Assembly: GCA_037447605.1 (NCBI GenBank)
Contig: CM074804.1
Coordinates: 4,689,909 to 4,753,908, forward strand
DNA from: Zygnema circumcarinatum SAG 698-1b
Taxonomy: Eukaryota > Plantae > Zygnematophyceae
Length of the DNA stretch: 64,000 bases
Reading direction: 5' to 3'
The notes beneath the pieces are model-generated. The model saw nothing but the letters and a program-made list of their open reading frames with translations, was not told where the DNA came from and made no database searches. Made by a program: the position numbers and the translations under genes. Below are positions 1 to 11,700 of this stretch, piece by piece. Position 1 is the first letter of the stretch, and each line of letters starts with the position of its first letter.

Positions 1-480
1 AATTGCACCACTGCAGATCCTGCGCCAGTAGTGACGCCATTACGGATATAATGACGTTGAAAAACCCTGATTGTTACTATATATTCAAAATGTCGATATT
101 ATCCACCCACGTATTGGAATATGCGTTACAAATATATTTACGACCGTACACATTATCGACTAATATCGTAAGATATCGATTTGACCGTACATATCAACTT
201 GTCCGTACACATGCCAACTAGGGTTCGTACACACCTACCCACGTGACGACTGCCCAAAAAGTACAATGTACGGTAACAAAGTCTTACGGATACATCGCAA
301 AAACATATGTAATAACATTGTTACTATAAATGTGAAATGACAAACGGGTCATTACCGATATAGTGACACAAATGCGTGGGGACCGACACAGTCACTATAA
401 CGTGATTAGACTGTATTGGAATTCCAATAAAAAATTCTAAAAGTCAGGCCGTTTTATAGAACACTTTTAGAACGGCTGTA

Positions 481-1371
481 CAGCAGGCCCCTTCAAATAG
501 GGGAGATCCCCTAAATATCGTAAATAGCTTATTTATGTAAGATTTTGAGATTAGTTTACGTGATTTCAACTTAAGTACCACACAAGCCCCAAAAAAGCAT
601 TTTTTTGGTTAAAAACAAAATGGAAATGAATTGCATTTGCAACCACGATAGCAATGATGTATATGAACTTTACTTGTTGGTATAACAACACGGCTTTAAA
701 AACTGGTGCAACCTCTTCGACTCTTATAGATTGGTAAATTTTACCAATCAATTAGAACAACTGTGCATTTGGCAATCACAACATATAGTTGCTTATTCAA
801 AACCCAATTTACCTTTGAAACTTTGTAGATCCAATCCTAAGCTCTCTATTTCCTTTTCCATCCATCATTAATTACTCCAAGTATCACTTTAGAATCTATC
901 ATAGTCTTGAAATTTCCTCACAAAAACTCTATTCCAAATCATAACCTCTGAAATTCTAGGTGTAGTCACAAAAGAAAAACTGAAATAGGAACTAAAATTA
1001 GAAATGAAATGAAAAATGGTCTCACTCCCTTAGGAGTTTTAGCTGATCAAGACAGCTATAGAAGTGATGCAAACTACTCAAAGAGACCCTCGAAGAGCGG
1101 TCAAACTATCAAACTGTTTGCAGTGAAGAATTCCTTCCAATGAAAAGTCTGTCAACCTCTTTCGAAACTCGTCTTTCTCCCATCCAATTACTGAAAAATC
1201 AGACTCGACGGTAGCAGTGTTGGGAAATGATGAAGCAAGGTCTCCACAAAATTCTCGTCCGTACGTGCACGGTTTCGTCCGTACAGTCCATATTTACGTG
1301 TTTTTACAAAACCAAGTTAGGGGACAGTCCCCTATCTTAAGCCGAAATCCCCTATTTGAAGAGGCTTGCTG
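481..1371. mobile_element. Non-autonomous TIR element (CAG...CTG ends, TA flanks) carrying a hAT-like transposase C-terminal fragment
   Basis: Left end cagcaggccccttcaaatagggga (481-) is the imperfect reverse complement of tcccctatttgaagaggcttgctg (ending 1371). TA lies at 479-480 and 1372-1373. Interior ~520-1260 is similar to ~16130-17530. Confidence 0.6.
1078..1257 (-). pseudogene. hAT-like transposase C-terminal (dimerisation-region) remnant, 59 codons
   Basis: Manual minus-strand translation: REFCGDLASSFPNTATVESDFSVIGWEKDEFRKRLTDFSLEGILHCKQFDSLTALRGSL*. The (P)xTxxVExxFS...RxxLxxxxLE pattern resembles the hAT C-terminal motif. There is no start codon and the N-terminus is absent. Confidence 0.7.
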
Positions 1372-1416
1372 TACAGTCATACGGTTGTACGGTCATACGG
1401 CAATCTTTCTGACGGG

Positions 1417-1869
1417 TGTAGCACAGTGGAGCTGCGCTCGACGGATCCGCGTCAGTTCAGTTGTACTTGACATATGCCTCTTCAGTGTCACGGACCGGCA
1501 TAATCCAGGAGCTGCCGACGGAGAATGCGAGAAGGCGGCGCCATGTGTTGGCGGCCCACGGAACAGCACACCATCCAGCAAGGCGCACTCGGAAGCGCCG
1601 CATAATNNNNNNNNNNGGACAGGGGAAGAGAGCCCCCAAGGTAGGGCTCTTTGCGCATCGAGTCCAGCCGCCGGTGGGAACATCTTCAGGATCCCTACGT
1701 CTTCCGCTGCACGTACCTCTGAATCCCCCGGATCCTGGCTCTATGCTGCAGGCGGACCCACAGCACCAATCCAACCCTTCATTAGTTTCAGGACGGACGC
1801 GCGAGTGGCCGTACAGCACTTGCAACTAGCTCAGCAGTCTCCCCTTAACCCCACTTATCTTGTGCTACA
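1417..1869 (+). mobile_element. Solo LTR of gypsy family 1 (middle hidden by the N gap at 1607-1616)
   Basis: Starts TGTAGC and ends CTTGTGCTACA. Left part matches the reverse complement of 34270-34467 and right part matches the reverse complement of 8712-8960. Flanked by a 4-bp direct repeat CGGG (1413-1416, 1870-1873). Confidence 0.9.
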
Positions 1870-1988
1870 CGGGCCAGCCCCAATCACTGACCGTATTACC
1901 GTACATTAAGTTCAATTGCAACGGTCGTACCGCCATTTTAAAAGTGTTCTGAATCACTGAAAATTAAATTAGAACGTTCTAATTTAGA

Positions 1989-2933
1989 GGGTAGTGATAT
2001 TTCCACCCCTTTTTTGGATCCAAACACCCCTTCCCGGCCGGGCAGATTTCAGAAGGGATTAAAAACAGAAAATGCTTTTTTCACACCTTTTTGGAATCGA
2101 TACCTACCTTCTTCCGTCGGCTGATTTTATTTTTGCTAACCAAGGAAAATGATACCACGTCACCGCATTTTGAAGACTGTATCCCGCCTCCCTGAATTTT
2201 TTTTTTGAGGGAAAGAATTATCTGCCTGCCCGAATCCGCTCGGAGCGGAAGATCCGTCCGCCACGAGATCGTTCGCGGGTGTCCGTCCTTCACACGTGTG
2301 TGTCAATCGCAGCTGTCGATTCCCTCGCAGATCGCACCACTGCAAATCACCGTTCGATCTGCAGCCGGGCTCGATCTTAGCGAATGGAAAGCGCCCACGA
2401 GTCCCGTCAAAGCCAAATCGCACGTGCGAGTGCGCGCGTCCTTCGGCCCGAGATCTCGTCATTGTTACCTCCCAGCCAATCAACATCTGCCACGTGTTTC
2501 ATTTTTGACGTGGAAAATTATGATTGGTTCAAGATCTCAATGTACAAAATTTTGGGTTCCTCACATTGCGATTGTACGCCATTTGTACGGACAAACTTTT
2601 GAGAGGACTTTGGCGGGATACGTGGGCAGGTGCCCCGCGCTGTGACCGAGCCCGGCTGCCGATCAAATAGTGATCTGCCGTGTTGCGATCTGCGAGGGAA
2701 TCGACGGCTGCGATTGACCGCACGCGTGAAAAAAAATTCAGGTAAGCGGGATATTCAAATGGGGTGATGGGTTATCATTTTCCTTGTTTCGCAGAAATAA
2801 ATCTGCCGATGGAGGGTGGTATCGATTCCAAAAAGGTGTGAAAAAGCCATTTTCCGTTTTTAATCCTTTTTGACATCTGCCCGGCCGGGAAGGGGTGTTT
2901 GGATCCAAAAAAGGGGTGGAAATATCACTACCC
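1989..2933. mobile_element. Non-autonomous DNA transposon with ~200-bp imperfect TIRs (GGG...CCC) and 8-bp TSD (Merlin- or MULE-like signature)
   Basis: gggtagtgatatttccacccc at 1989 and its reverse complement ending 2933. The inverted match continues for about 200 bp. Exact flanking direct repeat aatttaga at 1981-1988 and 2934-2941. No coding capacity. Confidence 0.9.
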
Positions 2934-2959
2934 AATTTAGAATTCTAAAACTCTAAAAG

Positions 2960-3915
2960 TCCATTGTACGGACTTTTTCCCAAAGTCCAATGTTTGGAGT
3001 TTGGACGTTGCACGGTCCCGTACGGCCACCGCGCGCCCGATTCCCGCAAACGTTTTCAGGAGCCGTCTGCCCCCGCGGGCGGGCGGGCGGCCCAGGCCCG
3101 TCCCGCCCGGGCAGGCAGGCGCGGGGCCCGGCCGGGCCGGCTCGCCAGCACGCGACAGCCGGTTGGTCGGATCGGGGCCGTCCGGACCGTCAGATCTGCG
3201 CCTCGCCCGGTCTCCAACTTGCCCGCGCGTAGGTCGGCGCGGCGTCCTTTTCGGCCCGCCCGCAACGATCGTGCTCGCTGTACGAGAGGTGTACGACCTC
3301 CGTATGACTTACCGGCCGGCCGGCCGGCCGTCATCCAACCGCCCGCAGTGCGGCGCGGCGCTGTCCGGCCGTACTCATTATTGTTATTGGCCCGCCCGCC
3401 CGCCGTAAAATCGCACCCCGCCCTTAAAAACAATCGGAGCGGTTTTTTTCTGGTTTTTCCTAAATCTCGTTACAAAAGATAAATATTTGCAGAAATATGC
3501 CCGGAGTAAAAATATCGCAGGATACCTGCACGGTACGGATTGGGCCCCGCCCGCCCGCCCCGGCGAGCGGGGGGCCCGGCAGGGGCGGGCGGGGCGGGGC
3601 CGGGCAGGACAGGCCGGGGCCCGCCTGGATTTTGCGGGCGGGCCTAAAAAATTGCCGAGGTCCTGCCCGCCCGCGCAGCCCAGAAAAGTAAAGGCGGGCG
3701 GGCGGGTGGGCGGGCGGGCGGGTGGGCGGGATCCGGGTCGCTCGCGCCGCCGTACGCTGCCGCCCGGCCGGCCGCCCTCCGCGGAGAGGGACCGCCGCCA
3801 TAGCTGCGCCTGCTCGCGTCTCGCCCTGCTCGGAAGGGGGGCGGGCAGGGCGGCGCTGTGGACTGCTTCACGCGACCTCCCTTCTGCTCCGTCCTCCTCT
3901 GGCGTCCGCCTGCTG

Positions 3916-3948
<33 letters not shown>

Positions 3949-4020
3949 CTTGACGGCGACCTGACTTCTGCTCGATCTTCATCTTCGCGCTCGGGAGGAG
4001 AGGCGTTGTAGGGGGAGGCC
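2960..4020 (+). promoter_or_regulatory. GC-rich promoter/5'UTR of the pyrophosphatase-like gene
   Basis: Dense GGGCGG/CCGCCC boxes and CGTAC motifs, and a (CTG)n tract at ~3908-3946. A probable 5'UTR intron runs ~4045-4414 (ag|gtcctc ... cgcag|). Confidence 0.5.
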
Positions 4021-4475
4021 ATGGCCACCGAGGATGCGCGTTAGGTCCTCGTTTCTGGCTTGATTTCTGCCAGTTTGTTTTTGGAGGTATAGTGCAATGC
4101 TTGTGCCGAAGGTGATTAGCTTGCAAGGGCTGTACTTGTCCTTGTTGATTTTTGCATTTGATTTGAATGTAAATTAGAACTTTAGGGTACCGGTTCTCTT
4201 TGTGAAGATCAGCCGTTTTCTTGCTTGGACTGTCAGTTTGAAGTCATTTCTTCTCGCTCGACCACTCTCTGCACCCGAAGGTGTTTCAGGAGGATCCGAG
4301 TGCGGTGTTCCGCTTACGAGGCACATTGACTTTAACGTGGAGAAAATGTGAAACGAACGTGCGTTTGAGCTGACGGAAGAAATCTGAAAGATTTTCTTTT
4401 CTTGTACCGCGCAGGACGACCTTTGCAGCCAAGAGTAGACATTCTCCCCTCGTTTCCTGTTAAAGCAGAGAGAAC

Positions 4476-7400
4476 ATGGACAAGCACAGCGTCACTTCCG
4501 CAGCTGCAGAATCCAATTCTCTACGGCAGACGATTGAATTTGGCCCGCCGTTAACATTACGTTATCGCATGCTCTTCTTGGATAAGCAGTTCCGTCCTCT
4601 TTCTCCATGGCACAATATTCCTTTGTATGCCGGAGAGAGCTACGTAAACTTTCTGTGCACAACTCCAAAAGGTACTTGGGCTCGTTTTGAAGTGGCAGAA
4701 AAAGAAGACTTCAATCCGCTTCGGTTGGTGAAACGATTGAAAGCAGGGGCACATTTTTCCAAGAACTGTGAATGGAATATGGGACTGCTGCCGCAAACTT
4801 GGGGCGATCCGGAACAAGTGAGCGCTGAATTTGGAGGGCTGCCTTTTAATGGGGCGCCTGTTGAGGTGGTAGAGATCGGAAACCGGCAAGCGAACAGAGG
4901 GGAGGTCTATCCAGTGAAGCCGCTGGGAGCGTTTGCTGTCATCGACAAGCAGTCCAATGTGTCATGGAAAATTGTCGCAGTCGCTGCCATGGACTGGCTG
5001 GCCAATATCCTTTTTGATGTGGACGACGTGGTTCGCGTCCGACCAAACCTTTTGGACGATATTTCCGAGTGGTTGAGAACCTGCGAATGCATTGGTTCAG
5101 GTGCATTATCTTGACTTCACTTCTTGCTTTTATTTGTTTTTTTTTTTTCTCTTTCATTGGGCTTTTTCCTCCAGAGCATCAGTCAATCTTATAGTTTAGA
5201 CCTCAGTGGTAATGGATGTGTGCCACGAGATTTTCGTTGAACAGAATCTGCCGCCTGTTTCTTCAAGAACTTTCAGGAGTCAAAATGCCATCGGCGCTCG
5301 GTTTTCCATGGAGTATTGTTAGTGATGAGCTCGTAAAGAAGACGAGATTGTGGGAAGTGCGCGTTTCACCTTGCTCAGTTCAGCTCATTGAATGCTTCTC
5401 GTGTGGTTGAAAACAGACGACAAGGAGAAAAGCATTGGTTTGGACAAGCGTGCAGGCGGCTGCACGACCACCGTTCAGGTGATTGCAGAAGCCCACGCCG
5501 CGTGGCAGCTGCACCACGATTCGCTGAAGCTGCCGGAGCCCTGGCTGCCGCAGGCCAAGATGATTAAGGCCACAAGCTTGGAAGGCATGTGGTATCGCTA
5601 CACGGGAGCAGAAAGCACGCTGAGGATACTGCTGTCCCAAGGGAAAAGCGAACCTGCAAGGAAGCAAATTGGGAGCAAAGTAGAGGGCGACAGCTCCAAA
5701 TCGAACAAAATCCTGAGCTTCCTGCGCTCCAAGCCGCGAGCAGGACGGAACCGGTCTTCTGCAGTGGAATCGACGCAGGCTGAGGAAAGAAATGCCGCGA
5801 ACAAGGACGCTGTAAAGGAGTCGGGGGAAATGAAGGGCACGGAAGCAACCCCTCTGAACGTCACAGCTGTTGCGGAATTAGAGGTGAAGGAGGAGGCACA
5901 GTCACCATGCAGTGTTGCACTATCTGTTGACACTGAAGCTGATGACGGCGCAGCTTCTCCCGCATTGTCAACTGTTAGCTCGGTACAGGAGAAACCTCCG
6001 GTGGAAGGACAAAAAGGCAGCGAAATGGGAGATGCCGAGCTTGACTCTGTATCGATGGTTCCAGATGGCTCTGTCAGCCAAAGCCAAAACAGTGTTGGAA
6101 CGCCTGAACGGCAAGAGAACAGAGAGGAAAAGAGTTTGGAGGAAAAGGCATCTGTTGTAGTTCAGGATGTTGAGGTTGCTCCAACCGCCGTCGTGGGTGT
6201 GGAATCGATCAAAGAAGAACTAAGGGGTTTTCGCAGTGGCAGGAACTATAATATCAGGCTCGCTGAGGAAACCGCTGAGATGTATGACAGGAAAAATTTT
6301 GGAGGATCAGGTGTGCTGATGCCTAGAAGTTCATATTTTGATGATGTTTTCACAGTTGCCGAGAGATCAGAGGTCCTGGAAAAACTGGACGCGAACATGG
6401 AGCAGGGTGGAAGAGCGCAAGTCCGAGAGATGAGAAGCAGAAGGCTCAAGTTTGCAGGTCAGGTAGGGGAGCCTGCAGAGGTGGGGCAAAGGACTGGCTT
6501 GTTACGGGGAGAGGAGGCGAGCCTGCAAAGGGAAGCAATGAGTGTGGGCCAACTGCAAGGAGCAAGAATGGCAAGGGCTGCACAGGACAGGTCCGCAGTC
6601 GAAGGTGATCCTGAGTGGGTCGGAAATACTGTCTCTTCCCAGCGGGCTGCAAGTCGAAGGTCGCAGTATGGGGGTGAGGGCAGAGCTCCCATCGCCAGAC
6701 GTCCTCCACGGAGAGCTGACTACAATGCTGAAGGCCATGGCCACGTCAGCAGTGTACGGCAGTTGAAAGATGACTTGCCTGAAGGTGATCAGCTAGCAGA
6801 CGCGTCTGCGTATGCAGGGAGAGACCCTCCGAGTTGGTACAGGCAAGGGGATTATTTCAGCACGGGGATGCTCAAGGAAGAAAAACCAAGCGGAGTCATC
6901 GATAATGGTATACGCAAAAGCTATTCTACACAGAACATTATGGCTCCTGTGGACCCTCCGCCGCCGAACCAGGATGACAATTGGGATTGGGCCGAGGCAG
7001 CGAACTTCACGCGATCCTTGAGTGCCAAATTTATCCCTAACGGGGGAGGCAAGATCGCTTCTGATGCGGACATAGCTCAGCCGAGATTGGTATCGAGTAT
7101 GGGAATCAGGCGTTCGCACAGTTTGGGCGTGGATGATAGAGAAATGATAATGGCGGTAGCGGCATGGCATAGCCAGAACAATCAGGAAAGTTGGGAGGAG
7201 GGATCACATGTTGCACGGCAGGAGTCGAGCGGCTGTGAGAGCGATTTTTCAGATCCAGAAAATGCAGATGAAGGTGCAAGGTGGCACAGTCGGGAAGTAG
7301 GAGGAGATGATGCTTATATACCGTTGGCTGAAGTTTTGGATGATTATGGGCGGCAGGCAGGTTCTCCGTATACGATTGATGTCCCGAATGGCGCCGCTGA

Positions 7401-7776
7401 TGCACAACCATTGTACAGGTCTTCCTCGAAGCAGAGGAGTTCTGGAAGACAGTCCTTAGGGGCAAAATCTAGGTCAAGAAGTACTCTTTCTGAAGATACT
7501 TTCAAACCTATGGTGACGAACACTGACTTTGCCGATATGTCAGCCTACTCTGCCCCTAAGGTTGCCTTGGCTGAGGATAGCACCAGCAGGGGGGCGAGGA
7601 AAACGGGAGGCACATCACGATATCGTAGTGCTGCTGACTTGCAGTGGGAAGAAGCTGTACGTACGGTGTCCAAAAGCGTTGGGAAACCAGTGTCTCTACG
7701 ACTGTCCAACGAAGACAAGGCTCTGTTGAACCCTGCAGAGCACAGGAACGTGCGGTTTGGAACCCTGAGATGGTAG
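4476..7776 (+). CDS. Soluble inorganic pyrophosphatase-fold protein with degenerate active site and ~740-aa low-complexity C-terminal tail (~994 aa); join(4476..5100,5417..7776)
   Basis: ORF 4476 has SPWHNIPL, WNMGLLPQTWGDP, VEVVEIG, VKPLGAFAVID and WKIVAV, which are family I sPPase landmarks. The phase-1 GT-AG intron 5101-5416 joins it to the 794-aa ORF, whose start (IGLDKRAGG...VIAEAHAAW) completes the fold. Confidence 0.85.
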
Positions 7777-8711
7777 GGGTGCTCTGAAAGCCTGGAGGGA
7801 AACTATGACCTAGCGCCAGATCTACGGCCCATTTCTGTACCATTTCTTGCTAAGTTTCTTCAAATGCTGGAGTGTCGATCGCGAAAGTGGCTCTGCATCC
7901 GGCTGAGCTAGTCAGTCTTTTGGGTAGCCTGTCTCTGCAGTCCTGAGGTAGCTTATCCAGTCTAGTTCTTACAGACGTCTGTTATGTTACGTCTGTTACG
8001 TTATGTCATCCTCTATTGGAAAGCAGTGATGTGAATACAAGGGCAACAAATACTCTTGGTTCGCGAAGATCTGCAAAGCGGTAGCTCCACAGGACTACGA
8101 TTGTTTCCTTAGGAAAAAGGGGAGTCAGTGGAGCTCCGTTGTACGGGAGCTTGACACATTTTTTTTTTGATAGACTTATTTGTCCATAAAGTGTAGCGCC
8201 TGAGATTTAACGTGATCTTTGGCGTTTGTTGCTCTCTTAAATTCAAAATGATTTAAGTTTGTGTTGCTCACTTGCACTATTGTACCTTGCGCGTTTTCCG
8301 TTTCGCGTTATTCCTGCAATGAGCCATGTCTTCAAGAAATCAGGAGCGTTCGTGAGGAAAGTTTCGCACAAGCATTTGAGAGTCATTACTCGTCGGTGCA
8401 CTCCTATCCGGACAACTCTGCCATTTCCTAGCGCGCCAGAGCTACTGTGAAGCCGAGGGAGGGCCGGTTGAGGGGAGGGAGGGAGGTAGGGAGGGAGGGA
8501 GAGAGGAAGGGAGGGTTCTCCGTCCGTCCTGCCTGCGGTCGCGTTACTCCCTTCCGCGTTTCCCCTCGGACAGGCCGCCCCCCTGGAAGGAACGAGGACC
8601 CGTCCGGCCCAGACCGGAGCGGACCGCTCTCCCGCCCTCTTGGAGGAACCCACCGGCTGAACCGCAAGCACTGTACGGTTCCGTACAGTACTGCGCGGTC
8701 AATCGCCGCAG

Positions 8712-11700
8712 TGTAGCACAAGATAAGTGGGGTTAAACAAAGACTGCTGAGCTAGCTGCAGGTGCTGTACGGCCACTCGCGCGTCCGTGCTGAAAGTAAT
8801 GAAGGGTTGGGTTGGTTCTGTGGGTCTGCCTGCAGCATAGAGCCAGGATCCGGGGGATTCAGAGGTACGCGCAGCGGAAGACGTAGGGATCCTGAAGATG
8901 TTCCCACCGGCGGCTGGACTCGATGCGCGAAGAGCCCTTCCTTGGGGGCTCTCTTCCCCTGTCCTCTCCTCGGCTAGTCTCTTAGCTAGGCTTCTAGTTA
9001 TCATCGGTCATTGGGATAAGCGTAAGGCAGATTAGGACAAGATGGCAGCTTGGCATAGTGACAGCAAAGGGAAAACAGTGCTCAACTTAGATAAAGGTTG
9101 TATCTTGGAAACTCACCCCAGCCAGCGTGGCTGGGGAATGTCATTACAATGAAATTGTCTCCTCACTGAAATCTTTGTCTAGCTGGGCTGAATGGGACGT
9201 CTAAATGCTATCAGCAAGAAGAGTCTTTCTCTCTCTCTCTCTATCTATGGCATGGAACTCTCTCTCTCTCTCTCTCTNNNNNNNNNNAAGATAAGTGGGG
9301 TTAAACAAAGACTGCTGAGCTAGCTGCAGGTGCTGTACGGCCACTCGCGCGTCCGTGCTGAAAGTAATGAAGGGTTGGGTTGGTTCTGTGGGTCTGCCTG
9401 CAGCATAGAGCCAGGATCCGGGGGATTCAGAGGTACGCGCAGCGGAAGACGTAGGGATCCTGAAGATGTTCCCACCGGCGGCTGGACTCGATGCGCGAAG
9501 AGCCCTTCCTTGGGGGCTCTCTTCCCCTGTCCTCTCCTCGGCTAGTCTCTTAGCTAGGCTTCTAGTTATCATCGGTCATTGGGATAAGCGTAAGGCAGAT
9601 TAGGACAAGATGGCAGCTTGGCATAGTGACAGCAAAGGGAAAACAGTGCTCAACTTAGATAAAGGTTGTATCTTGGAAACTCACCCCAGCCAGCGGTTGG
9701 CTGGGGAATGTCATTACAATGAAATTGTCTCCTCACTGAAATCTTTGTCTAGCTGGGCTGAATGGGACGTCTAAATGCTATCAGCAAGAAGAGTCTTTCT
9801 CTCTCTCTCTCTATCTATGGCATGGAACTCTCTCTCTCTCTCTCTCTCTTACTTAGCATCTGTTGCTGTAACTGAAGAGGAAGGAAAAGAAGAAAGAAGA
9901 ACAAGAAGACAAAGCACACAGCAAATACAAATACTAAGCCCAGCACTAAAAGACAAAACAGCATCACTGACATCCCATCTACTTAGCACTGACAATAGAT
10001 CTTGAGTCCTAGCAGTGACAGCCTCTGATTGGCCCACTGCCCACTGAGGAAGAACCTGACACACTCAAGTGGAGCCTTGAGGATAGGTCAGCCGATGATG
10101 TCAGCGGCATCATACTTGGCGCTTCCGAGTGTGCCTTCTTTGGCGGGTGGTGTGCCGTTCGTGAGCATAGCATGGCGCCCTTAGATCTCTCAATCTCAGA
10201 TTGGCAGCTCCACGAATTCCGTTGATCCGTGACCGCGGAAGATGCACTCGTCAAGTACAATCGAGCAGAGCGCAAATCCGTCGAGCGCCCGCTCGGTCAC
10301 GCTACGTATGCTTTATGCGGGGAAAAAGCGCCGCGCCCTAGCGAGCGAGAACAAAAGGAGGGAGGAGACCATATTGCGTGGAGCGGGGGCAGCGCTTGGC
10401 GGCGGTCGGCGTCCGTCACGGAGAAGCTTCGCGTACATTGAGGAAATAGGGGAGTATGGTAGGGATCGGAGGTGGAGGAGGAGTAAAGACAAATTCAGAA
10501 ATCCGAGATTCACGGCCAGAAGCGAGGCGCAATGTAATAGGCGAAGCGGCAAAAAGTGGCGGGAATTAGATATGGACCAATGAGGAGTCGGCATGGTAGG
10601 GGGGTACGAGGAGTCCGCGCTGTCGGTCGCAAACGCTCAGCCATCGCGGGGGGGAGGAACCGCTGACGTGGCGGCCCGAATGTCGATCCAGTGTGAACGC
10701 CAGCGCCGGGAAAGCGTTTCCACTAGAGTCAGGGCCTTCCGAAATGATGGCCCAACCTGGGATCTCCGACGGACCGACACAAATGAAGGGGCCCAACCAC
10801 GGAAAAGCCCGTTGAGTCGGTTTGGCGAGATTCCTGAGCCAAATGAGCTGACGTGGCGCGACCTGATTGGGCGGGAGAGCAGCGCGTCGGCGCCTCCCAA
10901 AGTCGGTGAGTTGTCGTCTGTGCGCTCGTTCGAGGTGGTGGGAGGCCATGGAATCTAGGGTTTGGAAGCGGAGGGCGAGGCTGCGGCTAGGCGACCCGAT
11001 CGAGGAAGCGCGTCATGCGTAGAAGAGGGCTCCATGAGAGGAGATCAAAGGGAATCACGAGGGCTTCACGGCCATAGAGAAGCTTCGTAGGGAGAAAGCC
11101 CGTGGAGAATGGGCCGGAGGTGTTATACGTGAAGACGGGGAGGGACTGACCTTCGCGCCGAATCCGCCCCTCCAGCTCAGCGACGCGGACGCCGCGCATC
11201 CTTGACGTCTGAATGATGCGTTCACACGCAAGCCCATTACGCGGGGGTAGAAATTTGGAGGTGTAATTGAATGTCGCGGAAGTCACGCAGGCTTGGCGAA
11301 TGCCCCCTTGTATTCGGTGCCGTTGTCAGAGTGGACAGAGTAGGGTATAGAGTGGCGGTGAATGATGGCCGTCAGGAGGCGAGCAGAGTGGATGGAATGC
11401 TTAGATTCTGACGTATGAACTTCCACCCACTTGGTTTATATGACCACGGCTAGGAAGACTCGAATGTAGCCAGAGGGGGTGCCGAGCTGGGGGATAGAAA
11501 AGGTGTCAATGTTCCAATCCTGCGGCGGCGCCCATGTTGGGATCTCACCATCTCGAGTGGTTGGCGGTGAGGGGGCTTGAGGCGCTTGCAGCGTTAGCGT
11601 GAGTGCGAGTTTCCAATGTAGCGGCTCACACAGCCATGAAGGCGGGCCAATAGTAAGCGTTCTGTGCATGAGCCACCATCTTCTTACGGCGAGTGGAATC

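Noticed and set aside
2964-4126. Many overlapping 100-214 aa ORFs on both strands, including a poly-Ser ORF at 3384-4028 (-)
   Set aside because: Arg/Pro/Gly/Ala-rich products of GC-rich promoter DNA and a (CTG)n tract; no domain recognised.
8243-8671. Possible gene next to the GC-rich region left of copy A
   Set aside because: The region looks promoter-like, but no recognisable protein or consistent exon chain could be built on either strand.
8712-9850. Apparent tandem duplication of the LTR half (8712-9277 and 9288-9850)
   Set aside because: The copies are near-identical, separated by a 10-N gap at a (CT)n tract, and differ by a small indel. Most likely a contig-overlap artefact rather than a tandem LTR.
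10313-10594. Hydrophobic minus-strand ORF after integrase, a possible env-like gene
   Set aside because: Not preserved as a similar ORF in the matching region of copy B, and it is short. Treated as 3' untranslated sequence.
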